In this document: positions 36,944 to 50,921 of the stretch, piece by piece
Layout: each line of letters starts with the position of its first letter
Numbering within the stretch: the stretch's first letter is position 1
NCBI GenBank assembly: GCA_002189035.1
Contig: NEEC01000024.1
Coordinates: forward strand, 496,001 to 560,000
Reading direction: 5' to 3'
DNA length: 64,000 nt
Source of the DNA: Utricularia gibba
Taxonomy: Eukaryota > Plantae > Magnoliophyta
The notes under the pieces: generated by a model
What the model was told of the DNA's origin: nothing
What the model saw: only the letters and a program-made list of their open reading frames with translations
Database searches by the model: none
Translations under genes and position numbers: made by a program

Positions 36944-39239
36944 GATATCAAGTTCTAGTTGCATGCTTTTGGAAAGATCATACCATGAATATGAATATAT
37001 TTCCCATTGTTGAACATATCATTTTGTGAATAAATTTTTGTTGTTCCTATATTGGCTAGACCGAAAAAAAACATTAGGGGTGGCGAAGGTAAGATTGTTT
37101 GGTGAAACTATGGTCAATCGCCACACATAAGGTTTCATAATCCAAATAATCTTCCCCAAAGCAGGGACCTCTGCTTCCAAAAAAAAAAGGAAAAAAAGTT
37201 CATTAGTCACTATAGTGTATGTTATTTTTATTTTTTCCATGATATGAATGAGCAAAGTAGTCACTATAGTCTTTGGTCTAAGTCTTTATCTGATGCATGC
37301 TTATTTGATTGACTTGCCTTAATTTGATTATGAAAAGAAATTGGAGTAAATACGTGATGTAGGATGAAGTTGTCTTAATAATGTATCATGACTTAGGTTT
37401 TGCCTTTTTCTTGGATTGCTATGATTTTCATACTTGAGGACAAGCATGATTTAAGTGTGGGTGAATATATTAAGTATCATTTTCTACTTATTTACTATAT
37501 CTTATTTTGTGTTGATTAGGTATTAAATCAACCAATCAGGAGTTATATTAATAAGTATTTTATTTTATTAGAAATAAAAAATGAGCATATTTGTTCTCTT
37601 CGTTCCCAAGGCATCATGTGGTGTTTAGTCACACATATTAAAAGAAATAAAGTGTGTTAATATCATAGCATCAATGACATGTCTATGTTTATGGATTGAC
37701 AAGAAGAAAGTAAACAGTGATGGGAAATGTAAATAGTTTCATGTGAAATGTTAAAACATTTGTAGTCTACTCTTTGCTAGGAATAGTATTCCTAAATAGA
37801 AGAATTTCTCTAAAGATCAGTTGGGTTCTTCCCGTTTCATCTCCTTCTTGTTCATTGTTCTTCTACAATTTTTCTTCCCCTCTTTTTGTCTAAAACTCTC
37901 CTTTTTTTTAATTCCTTGGCATTTGGTATGCTCTATGTCTTGCTTTTGTCTCATTTTTCTGCACCTTCACTATGCATTTCCAGCTCCTCGGGATTTGACT
38001 TGCTATAAACGTATTGTGTTGCTCAAAGAAAAATGATGAAATCAAAAATTGAGGCTAAATCCAAGATTTAGACCAATTTGTAATAAAACACTTAAAACCG
38101 AGCAAAAATTGAAAAAATACAAAAGTGCTTAATAAAATCATAATTTCATAACATAATACTACTCATTTTCTAATTTAAAAAATTGAAAACTATGTGTCCT
38201 CAAATTATGCTATAACAAAACTTGACTTATCCTCAAGTCCATACTAAGATTAATAGAAGTTAACGCATTGATGAATTTCACAAATAGTAATTCTAATTCA
38301 GAAATATAAGAATAAACAGAGTGCAAGTGTGCTAATCAGCTTTCACTCGAGCATACATGACAATTTCATCAAGAAAAAGTGATTTTGAAGATTAAAAATA
38401 TAAATGGGATAAACTTTGACCCCAACATGAATGATGGTTTTCACCCTCTCTCTTTTATGTTTTTCTTTTTCTTCTCTCTTTTTTTATATTATATAGATTG
38501 AGAATAGGGGAAAGTTGCAAGTTCAACTTAGGTGATTATTGTTCCCTCTCCTTGTGTGTTGAGTGTGGGCCATGCACTCAACACACATTTTACATTGATG
38601 GCCATGATATTCTCAAAAAGTTACAAGAAAACACCTACTTCTACTTCTCATTTCTATTTCGACCATGATATTCTCAAAAATATTTTTTACCTTAGGCTTG
38701 GGCTTGTTTGGAAAGATCATCATAAACCCAACAATCCACTGAATAATCATCTTACCTTTTTTCAGTGATGGCCATTCCTAGAATCATCCAACATTTTTTA
38801 TTGAAGATGGCCATCCCTCACAGTGGAGAAATAACCACCGAATTTTGTTCCCTCTATTCCTTCTCTCTTTCTCCATTGGATGGAAATATAAAATGAGAAA
38901 GGAGCTGTTTCATATCTCATTATAAATATGGGCCTGTTTTGGCAATAAGTTCCAGGTACATTTTGTAGTTAAGACAGATTTCTCACCTTACTTTGAGGGT
39001 TTCTTTTTGGAATGGTTGTTCAGAAAATTCTAATCTATTTTCGTTAGTTTCTCATTTTTTTTTGGATGTGTCTTTATTAAAGAAGTGCAAACATGATGAA
39101 AGTGATGCTAGCAGATGAATTTGTGGAGCTACAGTGTTATTCTTTTTATTTTCTCATTATGAATTCTTTTGTTTTTCTTCTCATTATGATAGTGGGAACA
39201 TCATCAATGCTAGCAATCAGAAAAGAAAGAAAAGTGCTC

Positions 39240-40440
39240 GTGATGGCTAAACTTCCACTGCTTCCACAAGAGTGGCATATTGCTAGCATAAAAATGTATT
39301 TGAAACTTGCACTAGAGAAAGTGGAAAAAGGAAATATGTGGAATACATAATTTAAAAAAAAGGATTGGAGAACCTCTAAAAAGGAATGAATATAGCACAA
39401 AATTATCAATTTGATATGATTCAAATAAAAAACAAGTAGAACACTCCTAAAAAATACTAGGTTTGTTATAGAGGATTGACTAAAATGACTAGGATAAGTT
39501 GAGGTGAGGATGGTTGAACTATCAAAATTGAACTATCAACATACGATTTCTCTGAGTTTTGCTTCTGATTTTGCCTAAAGTTTTTATTGTTGTCTTTTTT
39601 TTGGCTCTAACATTGCGAGTGGTTGGGTTCTCAAAGAATGCTGAAGCAATAAACTTGTATAAAGTATTCTATTGTATAAATTAGAAGCTGAGAATTATTA
39701 TTATTTGATCTTCATTTTTGCAATATAGGAGGCTTCCTTTTATTTTCCATTTTTCACAATGATAGGAATGTTTGTTTGTTTTCTATTTCTTGCGGTAATG
39801 GTGAGAATTAATGGTGGTTAATATATGTAATGGATGTTATTTATTATTGTGGTTGCATTTTGTTTTCCTTTGTTCATTTATTTGATGCTATTCATGACAT
39901 TATTTTATTCATGCAGGAAAATGCTCTTAATGCCAAATTAAAGGATACACCTCACATGTTTGCAAAACTATTTCAAAAGTTATTAGACTCTATTGTTGGG
40001 CATGCACTTGAATGTTATGTTCCCAATGGTGGTCGCAACAAAAAAATTGAGAATCTGATGAATATGAGGGAAAGAATGCAACAATTATGCGGTTTGATGA
40101 CATGGATCATATGGAGCTGCCTCAAAAGGAAGAGAGACAAGACCAACAATCTGCACGGACTCACAAGCGAGCTAAGGTAAACCATACAAATAGCGATTGT
40201 ATAGCTACTTCTTCATAATGATGGGCATAAGCTTATGAGATAATATCATCAGTGGCAATGAAAAAGGAAAAATTCTCTATCGAGCATTGCATCAAGGTTT
40301 TGAATTCCACTAACGGTGTTATTGAAGGTAATGATGTGTGGCTCAAAGGTTTGGACTTGATTTAGAGTAGTTCAAACCGAGAGATTTTTATGTTGATCAA
40401 ATGTGATGAGCCATGCTTGTGATGGATAATACACATCTCA
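39240..40440 (+). pseudogene. Old PIF ORF1 (Myb/SANT) remnant
   Basis: WHIASIKMYLKLALEKVEKGN; QIKNK*NTPKKY (consensus QLKNKW); C-terminal SIEHCIKVL...REIF. Confidence 0.7.
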
Positions 40441-40719
40441 TCAAACCTTGATGGTGCTTCATTTGGAGCTTCACTTGCATCTGGTGGTAGGATGGGATAT
40501 GGCTGATAGCTTTTATGATGATTCACTTTTTCATTAATGAGTATGAGACTTTATAGCTACATAAGAGTAATTTCCTTCAACACTTTTGTGTCATTCTCTA
40601 GAGAGTTCTATACTTTTTACTTGTATTACACATTATTTGCTTCCCGTGACTCTATAGAGAGTTCTATTCCCTTCTATTTAAATGGAATTATTGGCCTCAA
40701 TTGAAGGGAGCGAGCATGA

Positions 40720-42050
40720 TGAATCAATCATCATCCTCAACAAGCCGCTCATCATCCTCCATAAAAGAGGAAAGTGATGAGGAATTATATCAGTTGCAAA
40801 TGTCAATGCTTGCTAGTGGAGAGGAATTCTGCAATGTTTTGGATAGCTACCACTAATAATATTTGGTGCGATAATCTGTCCATGATCATTCAGTATTGGG
40901 CTGGATATTATTATTGTCAATGTTAAATGGGGCAGATATCAGAGCATACCAAGACTTACGCATGAAGTTCTTAGTGCTTCTTAGATTCTGCAATGTGTTT
41001 GTTGATGAGTACAGCTTGAAAAAGCGACGTCATGTTACTATAAAAGAAGAAGTTGCTATATTTTTTAAGATTGTTGGAACTCGAATAGGGAATTGAAGCT
41101 TACAAGAATTTTTTTCAACATGGTGCAGACCCTATTAGTACATTGCATAATGTCTTAAAAGCTTGTTGTTGAATGGCAAATACATAGATTAAGCCTGTGA
41201 GGTATTATACACACGTATCACCTTACATTAGAAACAAAACTCGATATTTCCTTATTTCAAGGGTCGTATTCGCACAATCAATGATTCTCATATAAAGGCT
41301 TGTGTGCCTATGGATGAAAGAGTTCATTATGTTGGACGAAAAGGTGTTACTACACAAAATATTCTACCGGTATGTTATTTCAATTTATCCTTCACCTTTG
41401 TTGTTGGCATGATAGTAGAATGTTGATGGAGTGTCTACGAAATGTCAAAGACAATTTTCCTAAACTGCTTCCAGGTTTCTTTGATTGTCTAATTTCTTTT
41501 GTATACAGATGCATTTATCAATTATTTCTTTTTTAAATTCAAATATCTGTAGGGAAGTATTATCTGGTTGATGCTGAATTTGCCATTACTGATGGTGATA
41601 TGGCATCATATCCCCATACATGATGTCACCTTCTTGAATGGCAATGAGCAAGGCGTAGCTACAATAGACAAGAAGAGTTATTCAACAATAGACATTCATC
41701 ATTATGTTCTATTATTGAAAGAGCATTTAGAGTTCGGAAGAAGCATTTTCATATTTTCAATGACATGCCTTGCAATTTGAAATTATGCCATCAAGTTCAA
41801 TTAGTTGCAGCAACTATGGCCATTCATAATTTTCTTTGCCAAGTTAGTGCTGAAGATGATAGATCCGAGTTGAGTGTCTACAAAGAACCTAATCCATTGC
41901 TTGAGGGTGATGATGATGATCTTGTTGAAGACAATGCTATTGAATTAGAAGAATCTGGTTCAATGATGACAATTAAAGACAAGACGCATGATCAACTTTG
42001 GAAAAATCATACTAGAAGTGCTTATTTGAGTTCAATTTGTGCTTTAATTA
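40720..42050 (+). pseudogene. Old PIF/Harbinger DDE transposase remnant
   Basis: VTIKEEVAIFFKIVG; PYFKGRIRTINDSHI (consensus CIGAIDGTHI); GRKGVTTQNI; GKYYLVDA; QVQLVAATMAIHNF. Confidence 0.85.
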
Positions 42051-42187
42051 CGTTGAATTTTATTATCTAATTATGTATGCCTATTTCATTATGAACTTTA
42101 TTATTAATTACTATTTTTACTAAAAAAATTTTTTTTAGACCACTATCACATTTGAAAAATATTTTTCTATCTATTTCTACAATTTTT

Positions 42188-43100
42188 TCAGAACACATTA
42201 TTTATTTTTCCAAAAGTAAAAACAACATCCAAAAATTTTCCAGAACACAGTTTAAACGTAACAACTCCTGGTGTAATCATATCTTCTGGCTTTTCATAAT
42301 AGAAAGTTGATGCGAATTGATAAACCAGATCAACATAAGATGGGTAGTTCATGTCACCTAGGGTAAGCAATGCAGTTTTCTCCAACAAGGAATAAACATG
42401 AGTTATTATCTCGAACTCTACCAAAATCATAAAATCTATAACTCGACAAGGCATAAACTTTGCTCCTTTTACCTCATTGTACTTGACTTCAAACACTTCG
42501 TTGTCAAAATGGAGATACTTGAGGTTGAGGATGTTTGCATGCTGGTAATTCTTCAGTGTGACTTTCCTTTCTCTTCCTCCGCATGCCTAAGTGAACTCAA
42601 ATTAAGGGAACCAGATTAAAGAAAATTTTCTCTTTTTGCTGCTACCTCTTCCTACTCATCAGCATTTTTGTCTATTTTTTCCTATTCTTGTTCCCGCTCT
42701 TTTGCTTTCTTTGCCTCACTCCTTGTTCTTCTTCTAGTGAATATTTTTTAACCCCCTTCTTCTTCCTCAATTGCCCTTGCGGCATCATGGTTGCCGCTCT
42801 TCTCCTACTGGAACTTGTTCTAGTTCACCATATTCTACTTTCATTTTATTATTTACTCCTCCACTTTTTGAGGTTTCCTCAACCCTTGTGATTGCAATTT
42901 CTATTTCAGGATCAATCTCTTCTTCTACGTCTACCAACACCTCTTAGAGTACTATTTGTTTGGCATTCACTTTCCTCTTGCGTTGGATCTTTCTTCCCTT
43001 CTTTTTCTTCTAGTATACAATTCTAGGTGGCTTAGTAGGTGCTTCTTCCATCACCAGTAGGTTAGGGGGCAGGTGCCTTCACGACAGGAGACTCCCCTAC
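42188..43100 (-). pseudogene. Retrotransposon-associated extra ORF remnant (resembles the 'putative plant transposon protein' domain)
   Basis: LGDMNYPSYVDLVYQFASTF preceded by a K/E-rich low-complexity stretch; right end approximate. Confidence 0.55.
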
Positions 43101-43599
43101 CTCCAAGGCAAGGATTCTACCCAGATGTGCAGCACACAGAATAGCTTCCACCCCCTAAAATTTTTTATCTACAACGTTCGCAACTTCACGTTGTTCCTGA
43201 ATAGGAAAAATAGTGATTCTTGCCCTAGTTTTCCTTTTCTGGTTACAGCTAACAATGATTGCCTTGCGAGGTTTTGCAAAGCAATGCCAAAGTAATGTCA
43301 AAGTAACTCCCAGCTTAGTCTAAAGGAGCAGTTGCGATGACATTTTGATGTTGGCACTTTTCAAGCATGTTGCTTGAGGTTATTTTTTTTTTTCATTGTG
43401 GAATATCAAAGGCAAACTAGGAAAAGTGAACTTTGTGGGTGATCACTTGAGCAAAATAGAGAAGCCATTGGATGGAGAGAGGATTAGCTCATACTTTTCC
43501 TAACGAATTAATTAGCACCATCACACTCCCAAGTAAGACCAAAGAACCCTAGTACGCAGATATAGCTTACTTACTTTCTATAGAGAAAATTAATAAAAA

Positions 43600-44500
43600 T
43601 TTGAAGAGTCACGACAAACAAAAAGCTGAAGAGCAATAGTAAGTACTAAGATGTGATGACTTGTGTTTCTCAAAGAGTTGTAGTGATAGAATGGTACCCA
43701 GATGCTTACCCAAAGCTGAGATTAATCAGGTAACTTAATTCTATTACCATGTGGTGGTCACATTGGGCCGAACTTAACAACAAATAGGGTATTTTGACAT
43801 CGGTATTATTTTCTATCTATTTTTTTGAGATTGTTTTAATTTTTGTATGTCTTGTGATGCATTTCAATGAACAAGTAACATTCTCAACAAGAATGAAATC
43901 CCCTTACAACCTATTTTTGTGACTGAAATTTTTAATGAGTGAGGAATTGATTTATGGGTGTATTTTCCAATTCGCATGGATATGAATATCTTCCGATATG
44001 TGTAGACTATTTTCCTAGGTGGATCGAAGCGATTCCAGCCAGTGTGCAGTACACAAAAGACGTGATGGATATTTTGAAGAAAAACATATTTAAAGAATTA
44101 ACATCTATTAGTTGAGTTGGAGCACTAGACAAAGTGGGCATTCTAGTTGCTAAATGAAGATGCGAATGCAAACAATGAGGCCAGAAAATTCCAATTGCAA
44201 GAGTTGGAGGAATTAAGGCAAAATGCTCATAGGAACTTGGGTAGTTTAAGTAACAAACTAGGTCCTATAATGCAAATAGAATTCAGAACAAGGAATTTGA
44301 GCTAGGACATAAGGCACTACTATATAATTCTAGGTTCAAAATTCACCCAAGGAAGTTGAAGTCTAAATGGGAAGGGTTGTTTGTGGTGAAACTTGTGAAT
44401 AGTAATGGTTCAGTTCAATTATTTGATAAAAATACAGATGCAAAACCCTTTATTATATATGGTCACAAGTTAAAGTTTTATCTTGAAATAAGGCCTAAAG
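43600..44500 (+). pseudogene. Athila-like integrase remnant
   Basis: CVDYFPRWIEAIP; QLQELEELRQNA; KLKSKWEG; YGHKLKFY (consensus NGQRLKHY). Confidence 0.78.
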
Positions 44501-45219
44501 ACAAACAGAGAAAGAAGGTAGAGTAAAGAGTAGTGTTGAGAGTCACCCAGATTTAATGTACTTTTATTTTATATACTTTATAATATTTTTCTATTTGTCT
44601 TTGTGATATTGCGCATAATTTTTGTCAAACTATGTTGCATGATGATTCCATATCAAATGGGTGTAAATTTGCAAGTGGGCTTACGTGTCACAAAAGAGAA
44701 GTTCCCGCCCACTATGCTAAGAGAGGAAGTTGAACTAACAAAAACCCTTAAGTAGTATAATGGGAATATTAGAGAAGTGCACCCACTATCTTTTTCTCAC
44801 TACGAACTGACCTTCAAAGAAAGAACCTATGGAAGAAGAAGATGGTGAAAATAAAGCAGAAAAGAGCAAAGTCTACCGCGAAGAGCAAACCATCCACGAC
44901 TAGAATATCATTGAGAGTGTCATAGGTAGTCTGGAAGTAGATTCATTAAAATTTCAGAATTCTTATTTTGATTTTCCTTCTGAAAGAAGGAATGGTGAGA
45001 CTAGAGAAGCAGATTGCTCATTTAGCTCAAGAGTGACCTAAAGAGGTAATCAAATCCAACCCCTGAATTTATTCAACTAGTCAATTTTTTTGGACACTTC
45101 ATTTTTATTTGCTCTACTTACTATGAACTTTATAAGATATTTCCTAAGAGTTAATTTGTCATGGGTTTGGCTGAACTCTTAGAAGCACTCAAGTGTCTAG
45201 TAAAACCAGGAGCACATGC

Positions 45220-46843
45220 TGTTGGGTTTCTCGTAGACATCGTATGTCTCATAAGCAGCGGAATTTTAAAAATTTTGAGAAACCCCCAACGCAAATCTTG
45301 GAATACGGTATACATCAGACATACGGATGTTCAAAGTATCTTTCAGATGACTCCGTTGTTCACCAACCGCCAATAGCAGACGACCTCTATGGTATCCACA
45401 CGTGGAGCACTCCGTCGATAACCTTCTCAAGGCTCTTGAATGCTGGTCGAATTCCTCAGGTGCTTGTAGAGAAAAACGCCTCCTTGTGGACTAGTCTCTG
45501 AGAGCACGAAGACCCTTAGAGCAGATCTGAAGATCTAAATCTTCTTCGATAGATATATGGTAACATATCAAATCATATCTCCGTAAAGATCTTATCTTGT
45601 GGAGATATGTATATGTTCCAAATCTTATCTATATATGATCTTTTATTTTGAATTTAATCAATATTAATCTCAAAATAACTCTCAATTTAATTTATCCACT
45701 GTACCAATTACATCTCATGTAATTGTGTTATTCTATTTTATATCGATGAGTGGCTCCACTATTGTGTGTGACCCTATAGGCTTCTTCAATCAAGGCCGTA
45801 ATAATGGATTTATTAATTAACTCTTAATTAATAAAATCCATCATTATCGATCATGAGTGATGTCTAGCAACATATCATGATCCCCAAGATGTAAGAATAA
45901 TCAGGTGAACTGATTGAGCCTTTCCATGACCAGCCACCATGCAATGAACAGCCTTCATCATACTTATATCTCATTCGGTACCAGAACATGGGTGTGTGTC
46001 TTTCTGATTTATCGAAATTATAATTGCATTCAAGCACTAACACTCAATGACCTACTCAAACAATTCGAGTGTCATTATCCTGGGCCTAGGACTTACTGTT
46101 AGGCTTTGATGCAATTACTTGAGATATGATCTCATCACTAACATGAGTGATGAATCTTTTATTGATCAATCAACTATCTCCAACCTTAAGAAGTCACATC
46201 CCTACTCATCCATACTAGGCAAGCCATGGTTAGGCTCCCATTAGTAATGAGCGAAAATGTGAGCTTAAGATTAAGATAACTTTGTTGACCTCAAGTCTAA
46301 GCTTAATTGCACGGCTGTCATATTCGAGATCTTGCTACTGACACTTGGTTAGCTTCCCATAGTAGCATCTCGAAGATGAGTCATCCGGTGAATCGATTCT
46401 CTAATCGACACCCACACATAGGTTCTAGTAATCTCATTACATCAATTGTGAGAACCATTACCTAAACATTTTAGGGAACTCAATGTATGCCAACTTATCC
46501 GTATTTGTGATATCCTCATTTCACAAATAGTCTAGCTAGGGAGTTTTTTAACTTGATCATGAGTGCTTGAAGAATCTCACATTATGATCTCATCATATTT
46601 TGTATAGCACATAGATCAAGTAGAGGATTTTATCAATGATATAAATTTGATCACAATTCAAAGTAAATATCAAAAGATAAGATTTGCCAATGAGTTTATT
46701 GTCTCTAGAACACATATACTAACAATCTCCCACTTGTACTAGAGCCAATCAAACATGTATCTTATACCAATGGACTCTATGTACTCCATGGACGTCCTAG
46801 TTCCATTGTGAATGAGCAGTCTTGCTTAGAACTTTTCTAAGTG
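45220..46843 (-). mobile_element. Young Angela 3' end: LTR 45220-46724, PPT and ~120 bp of internal sequence
   Basis: TGTTGGG...CTAACA. Continues colinearly with 12881-13000 until 46843. Confidence 0.93.
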
Positions 46844-46844
46844 A

Positions 46845-47656
46845 TATGGATTGGGACTTACAAATTTATTTGATATGAAATTCTATTTTTATTGAAACGA
46901 TAATAGGAATTTCCGTTTATCAAATTGGCAACGTTGCTGAGGAGCAATGTTTAATTTTTTTGTGTTTTTAGTTGATGCATTCACGTTCTTTTGGTGCAGG
47001 TAATCTTGCTTTCTTCCAAGAAATTGAGAGAGCTATCAGTAAGAACAGGGTAAAAGCGAGGGAGGCAAGCAAATCAAAGCTTCTCCCACTCGAGACCAAC
47101 AACAAATTCAGAATGGTTGAACTTAAAATGACCTTGAATGAATTAGATGCTATTGATCACACTTACAAGGGTCTATGCACTAGAATTCTAGAGGATGGAG
47201 CAAATGAACTGAAACCGGCGATGATCAATTTTTTGCCCAAGTTCTATGGGAAAATTGGAGAAAACCCCCTATGAGCATGTAGATAATGTGACACCAATGT
47301 GTACATCATTCAAGGGAGCTGGAAGGATTGAAGATTCAATTTTTTTGAGAGCCTTCCAATTTACTTTGGAAGGAGGAGCTAAAACGTAGTTCAACTCACT
47401 AAGGCCTGGAAGCATCACCGATTGGGCTGGAATGAAGAAGGTGTTTTTGAGCAAATATTTTCCAACTTCCAAAGCTGAAGGGATAAGAAAAGAGATTAGT
47501 GATGTTGAACAAATGAGTAGAGAATCATTGCACGAATATTGGGAAAGATTCAATCATCTTTTGGGTTCCTACCCACACCGTGGTTTTCAGACCAATGCTT
47601 TGGTCAAATATTTCTATGATGGATTGTTGTGCACCAATAGAGCCATGGTAGATTAG
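46845..47656 (+). mobile_element. Athila-like LTR end, degenerate PBS and gag remnant
   Basis: Inverted homolog of ~32.1-33.1 kb: TLNELDAIDHTYKGL, ELKPAMINFLPKFYG, ESLHEYWERF. Confidence 0.85.
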
Positions 47657-47980
47657 AGGGTGTGAGAAAGAAGGAAGAATATCTCAGCTTGGAGATATTT
47701 TTTGACGAGGTTTCAAGAGCATTTTTTTTGTTTTATTTTTATTGAAGAAAACGAAGGAAGAGAAGTTCCAACATGACACTAGAACTAATCTTCAGTGTTC
47801 AGAACTGCAATTGAGACCCAAACCAACATCAAGGAAGATTAAGAGACAGCAGCTTGAGAAGAAGACCCATGAGAGAGTGCCGAATGGAAGCACTATGCAA
47901 AACTTTCTTTTATTTTCCAAAAACTTAGTTTCTGCTCTTTTGTTTCATGACTTGTGTAGTACTATCAATTTCTATACTTA

Positions 47981-48568
47981 GGGCTCATTTGGTAGAAGGA
48001 GTTAGATGGTGTTGTGTTAAATAACACATCATAATCATTAGTTGGGTGCATAGTATTATATAACACTATGTATTACATATCCTAAAAAATTTCTTATTTA
48101 ACATGCTATCTATAGTGAAACACAAACCCATCTACCACATGGGTTTATCAATCCCATGATAATAAAAGACAATAGTACCCTTTTATTTTACAAAAAAGTT
48201 TTTACTCTAATAATTATATTTGTTTCTTTTTTGTCAATAAATTAGGATTAGTTATTTTATTGGCCTCATACTTTTTTATGTGTAGCAAAGTAGTTCGAAA
48301 ATCTGATGGCATGGAATGAAGTCAACAAAAGGAAAGAAAACATCAAGATCATCAACGTACAACAACGTTCATAGTCTTATGGGCATTTTAGTAAAATCAT
48401 ATATAAATCAAATTATAAAACTTCTAACCAAACACATGTTAAATAATCCTATGTTATTTAAAACTTTCTACCAAACAAGGTCGATGTTTTTCAATCACTT
48501 ATTCTAGTATAAAATAAGCCTATTATATTTAAAACCATGTAAACTAAAACATACTACCAAACGAGCCC
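47981..48568. mobile_element. Tourist-like (PIF/Harbinger) MITE, 588 bp
   Basis: 15-bp TIRs GGGCTCATTTGGTAG / CTACCAAACGAGCCC (1 mismatch), TTA on both sides, AT-rich non-coding interior. Confidence 0.93.
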
Positions 48569-49945
48569 TTAATGTTTAACTTATTCCAATGCCTTTGTCA
48601 TCTGAATGTGTTAACCAAATCATTTTCATTACTGTTTTTGCATGCATACATAGAACCCAAAAACATGAAGATAAATTATACTATGTTCATGCTTAGTTTA
48701 ATCTCGAATTAAGTAATATTACACTATTTGTTGGTTGAAATGCCAAACTACATACTCTATTTTCTTCTTCCCACTTTCGGAATGAAGTAGAAGAATTTCA
48801 CACCGTAGTTCAACTAGAAACCCCCTTCCAGAAAAACCTCCCTATTTAATAAAACTTACACGTACGACCAACAACTAAAAACTATTTGATTTCTATGGAT
48901 CAGCCTGTGCTTACTCTTTGCTACATTAATTCTTGAACTCTTTGACTCTCGTTGGTTTTAGTTTCGACTTAGAGACAAATCTTGTGTCATTGAAGCATAA
49001 TTTGATAACACATAGTTTTAATAGCTTTCAATGAGTAAAAAGTCGTGTAATCTCATAAAGTTAAGAGATTATTCAGTATTTTGGCATTTTTGAAAACAGC
49101 AGCATGGTTTTAATGTTTTATTTCAGATTGGAAGTAAATCATGGATTTAGCCCCAATTTTAATTTAATCTTCTTCCTTGAATAATGCAGTAAGTCAAATG
49201 CCATGGAGTCAAAGGTGTATAAACAAGAGCAAAAAGAGGGAGACAAAAGGAGGGATAAAAACTCCAAGAAGGAGGAAAAAGGATTTTTTTGGAAGAAAAG
49301 ATTGGGAGAGAGAAAAAATATCAGGGAAAGAGCTTTGCAGAATAGCAAGAAGAAAGGATCTGAAGAAAAATTACAAAAGAACAAGAGGAAGAAGGAGAGG
49401 AAGTTAGGGAACTCAGATGGGTTGAAGACATTTTATCAAGAACATTACTCCTAAGGTGCATTTGGTTGCTGGGTTTGGCCTAAACCCATGTTTAGTTTAT
49501 TTGGGATTAGACAACCTGGTTTAATGGGTTTAAAAGGTGTAATTCGTGTTTGGTTGATTGGTTTAGATTATTTGGGTTTAAAATGAATACACGTTTGGTA
49601 CGTGGGTATAAAATTGGGTTTGTGAATAACAAAGTATGAATTTACAAATATAGCCTTCACCAACAATAACTACTCCTCTTTATTACCATTTTTTTCCCCT
49701 TCGTCCACCGACTTTCACACCCGGTTGTCGCGGTGCTGCCGCCGAAGAGATCTCTACCGATTTCACAAGTAATTGAGAGTGAAGAGCCATGGGTTAAGTC
49801 CAGATTATATACTCCCTTAGTTGCGCAGAGTTTCTCATTTGAAATCCATTGAATTTTGAGTCAATTTTACGGTTTACTTGTTGTAAATGCTCGGTGTAGG
49901 TGCTTTGATCTTGCTGTTTTCCTTCCTCCAGAATAGATTGCAGGT

Positions 49946-50921
49946 ATGCACAACCCAATCATGGTTGAAGACTCTCACAAAAAAACAAAACGCGCTTAGA
50001 AGCCAGATGAGGAGAAAGACTTGTTCCACGCTTTGAAGCAGATAGTGAAAGAAGGCTGGAAAATTGAGAATGGTTTTAGGGGTGGGTATCACCGAGCGTT
50101 GGAGACCGAGTTCTTGAAACTCCGCCCTAGAACCGACATCCACGCACACTCGCATATATCTAGCAAGTTGCATACCTGGAAAAAAGACTACTACCTCCTT
50201 GTAGATTTATTATCAAGGTCGGGCACCGATTTCAGTGAGCTGACCTACACCATAGATGCAGGCGAGGAGGTTTGGAAGGAGATTGATCAGGTACGTATGC
50301 CCTGTTCTTGCGGTGTTATATCTGGTGCTTACCGTGTTATTATGTCAACATGCACCCAGGCTGCATGTCCTAAGACACAAAGCGTGGCCGTATTACATGG
50401 AGTGGCAGGAAATCTTTGGAAAGAATCGGGCTACAGGAGATAATACGATGAGCAATGTAGCCGCAACCAGGAAGAGGAAATTAATGGAAGATGTTGGGCA
50501 GAATCTGGAAGCATCTTTAAAATGCCCTCTAGACCCGGATAGCACTGGACAAGATATGAACTTCTCGTATGCTGACACACCTTACAACCCATTTTGTTGT
50601 GTTGTGGAGGGTGTGAATGTCACGCCTAGTAGGGACTCCGAGTCACACAACAGCACATACTCGTCGCGGCGGACTGGACGAAGCGGGGGGGGGGGGGACC
50701 GAGGGAAATCGATGATGATGTGCAGTTCCTCAAAGAAATAAAGGAGCTGAATGTGTGCACATGCAAAAAGCTACGTCACTTGGGATTAACAGTGATGCAG
50801 CAAGCATGGGAGTTGGTGGACAATCAGCGTCAGGCAGGGGAGTTCATTAGAGGTATGCCGTTGCAATTAACTGCCATCCAACGTTTTACCGTAGCAGAGA
50901 CAATTAGTTCCAATCCTACGG
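49946..50921 (+). pseudogene. PIF ORF1 Myb/SANT-like protein, copy 2
   Basis: KRA*KPDEEK...SSKLHTWKKDY...WPYYMEWQEIFGKNRATG. Intron acceptor mutated to AA (50347-48), G13 run, 3' end cut at ~50921. Confidence 0.88.
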
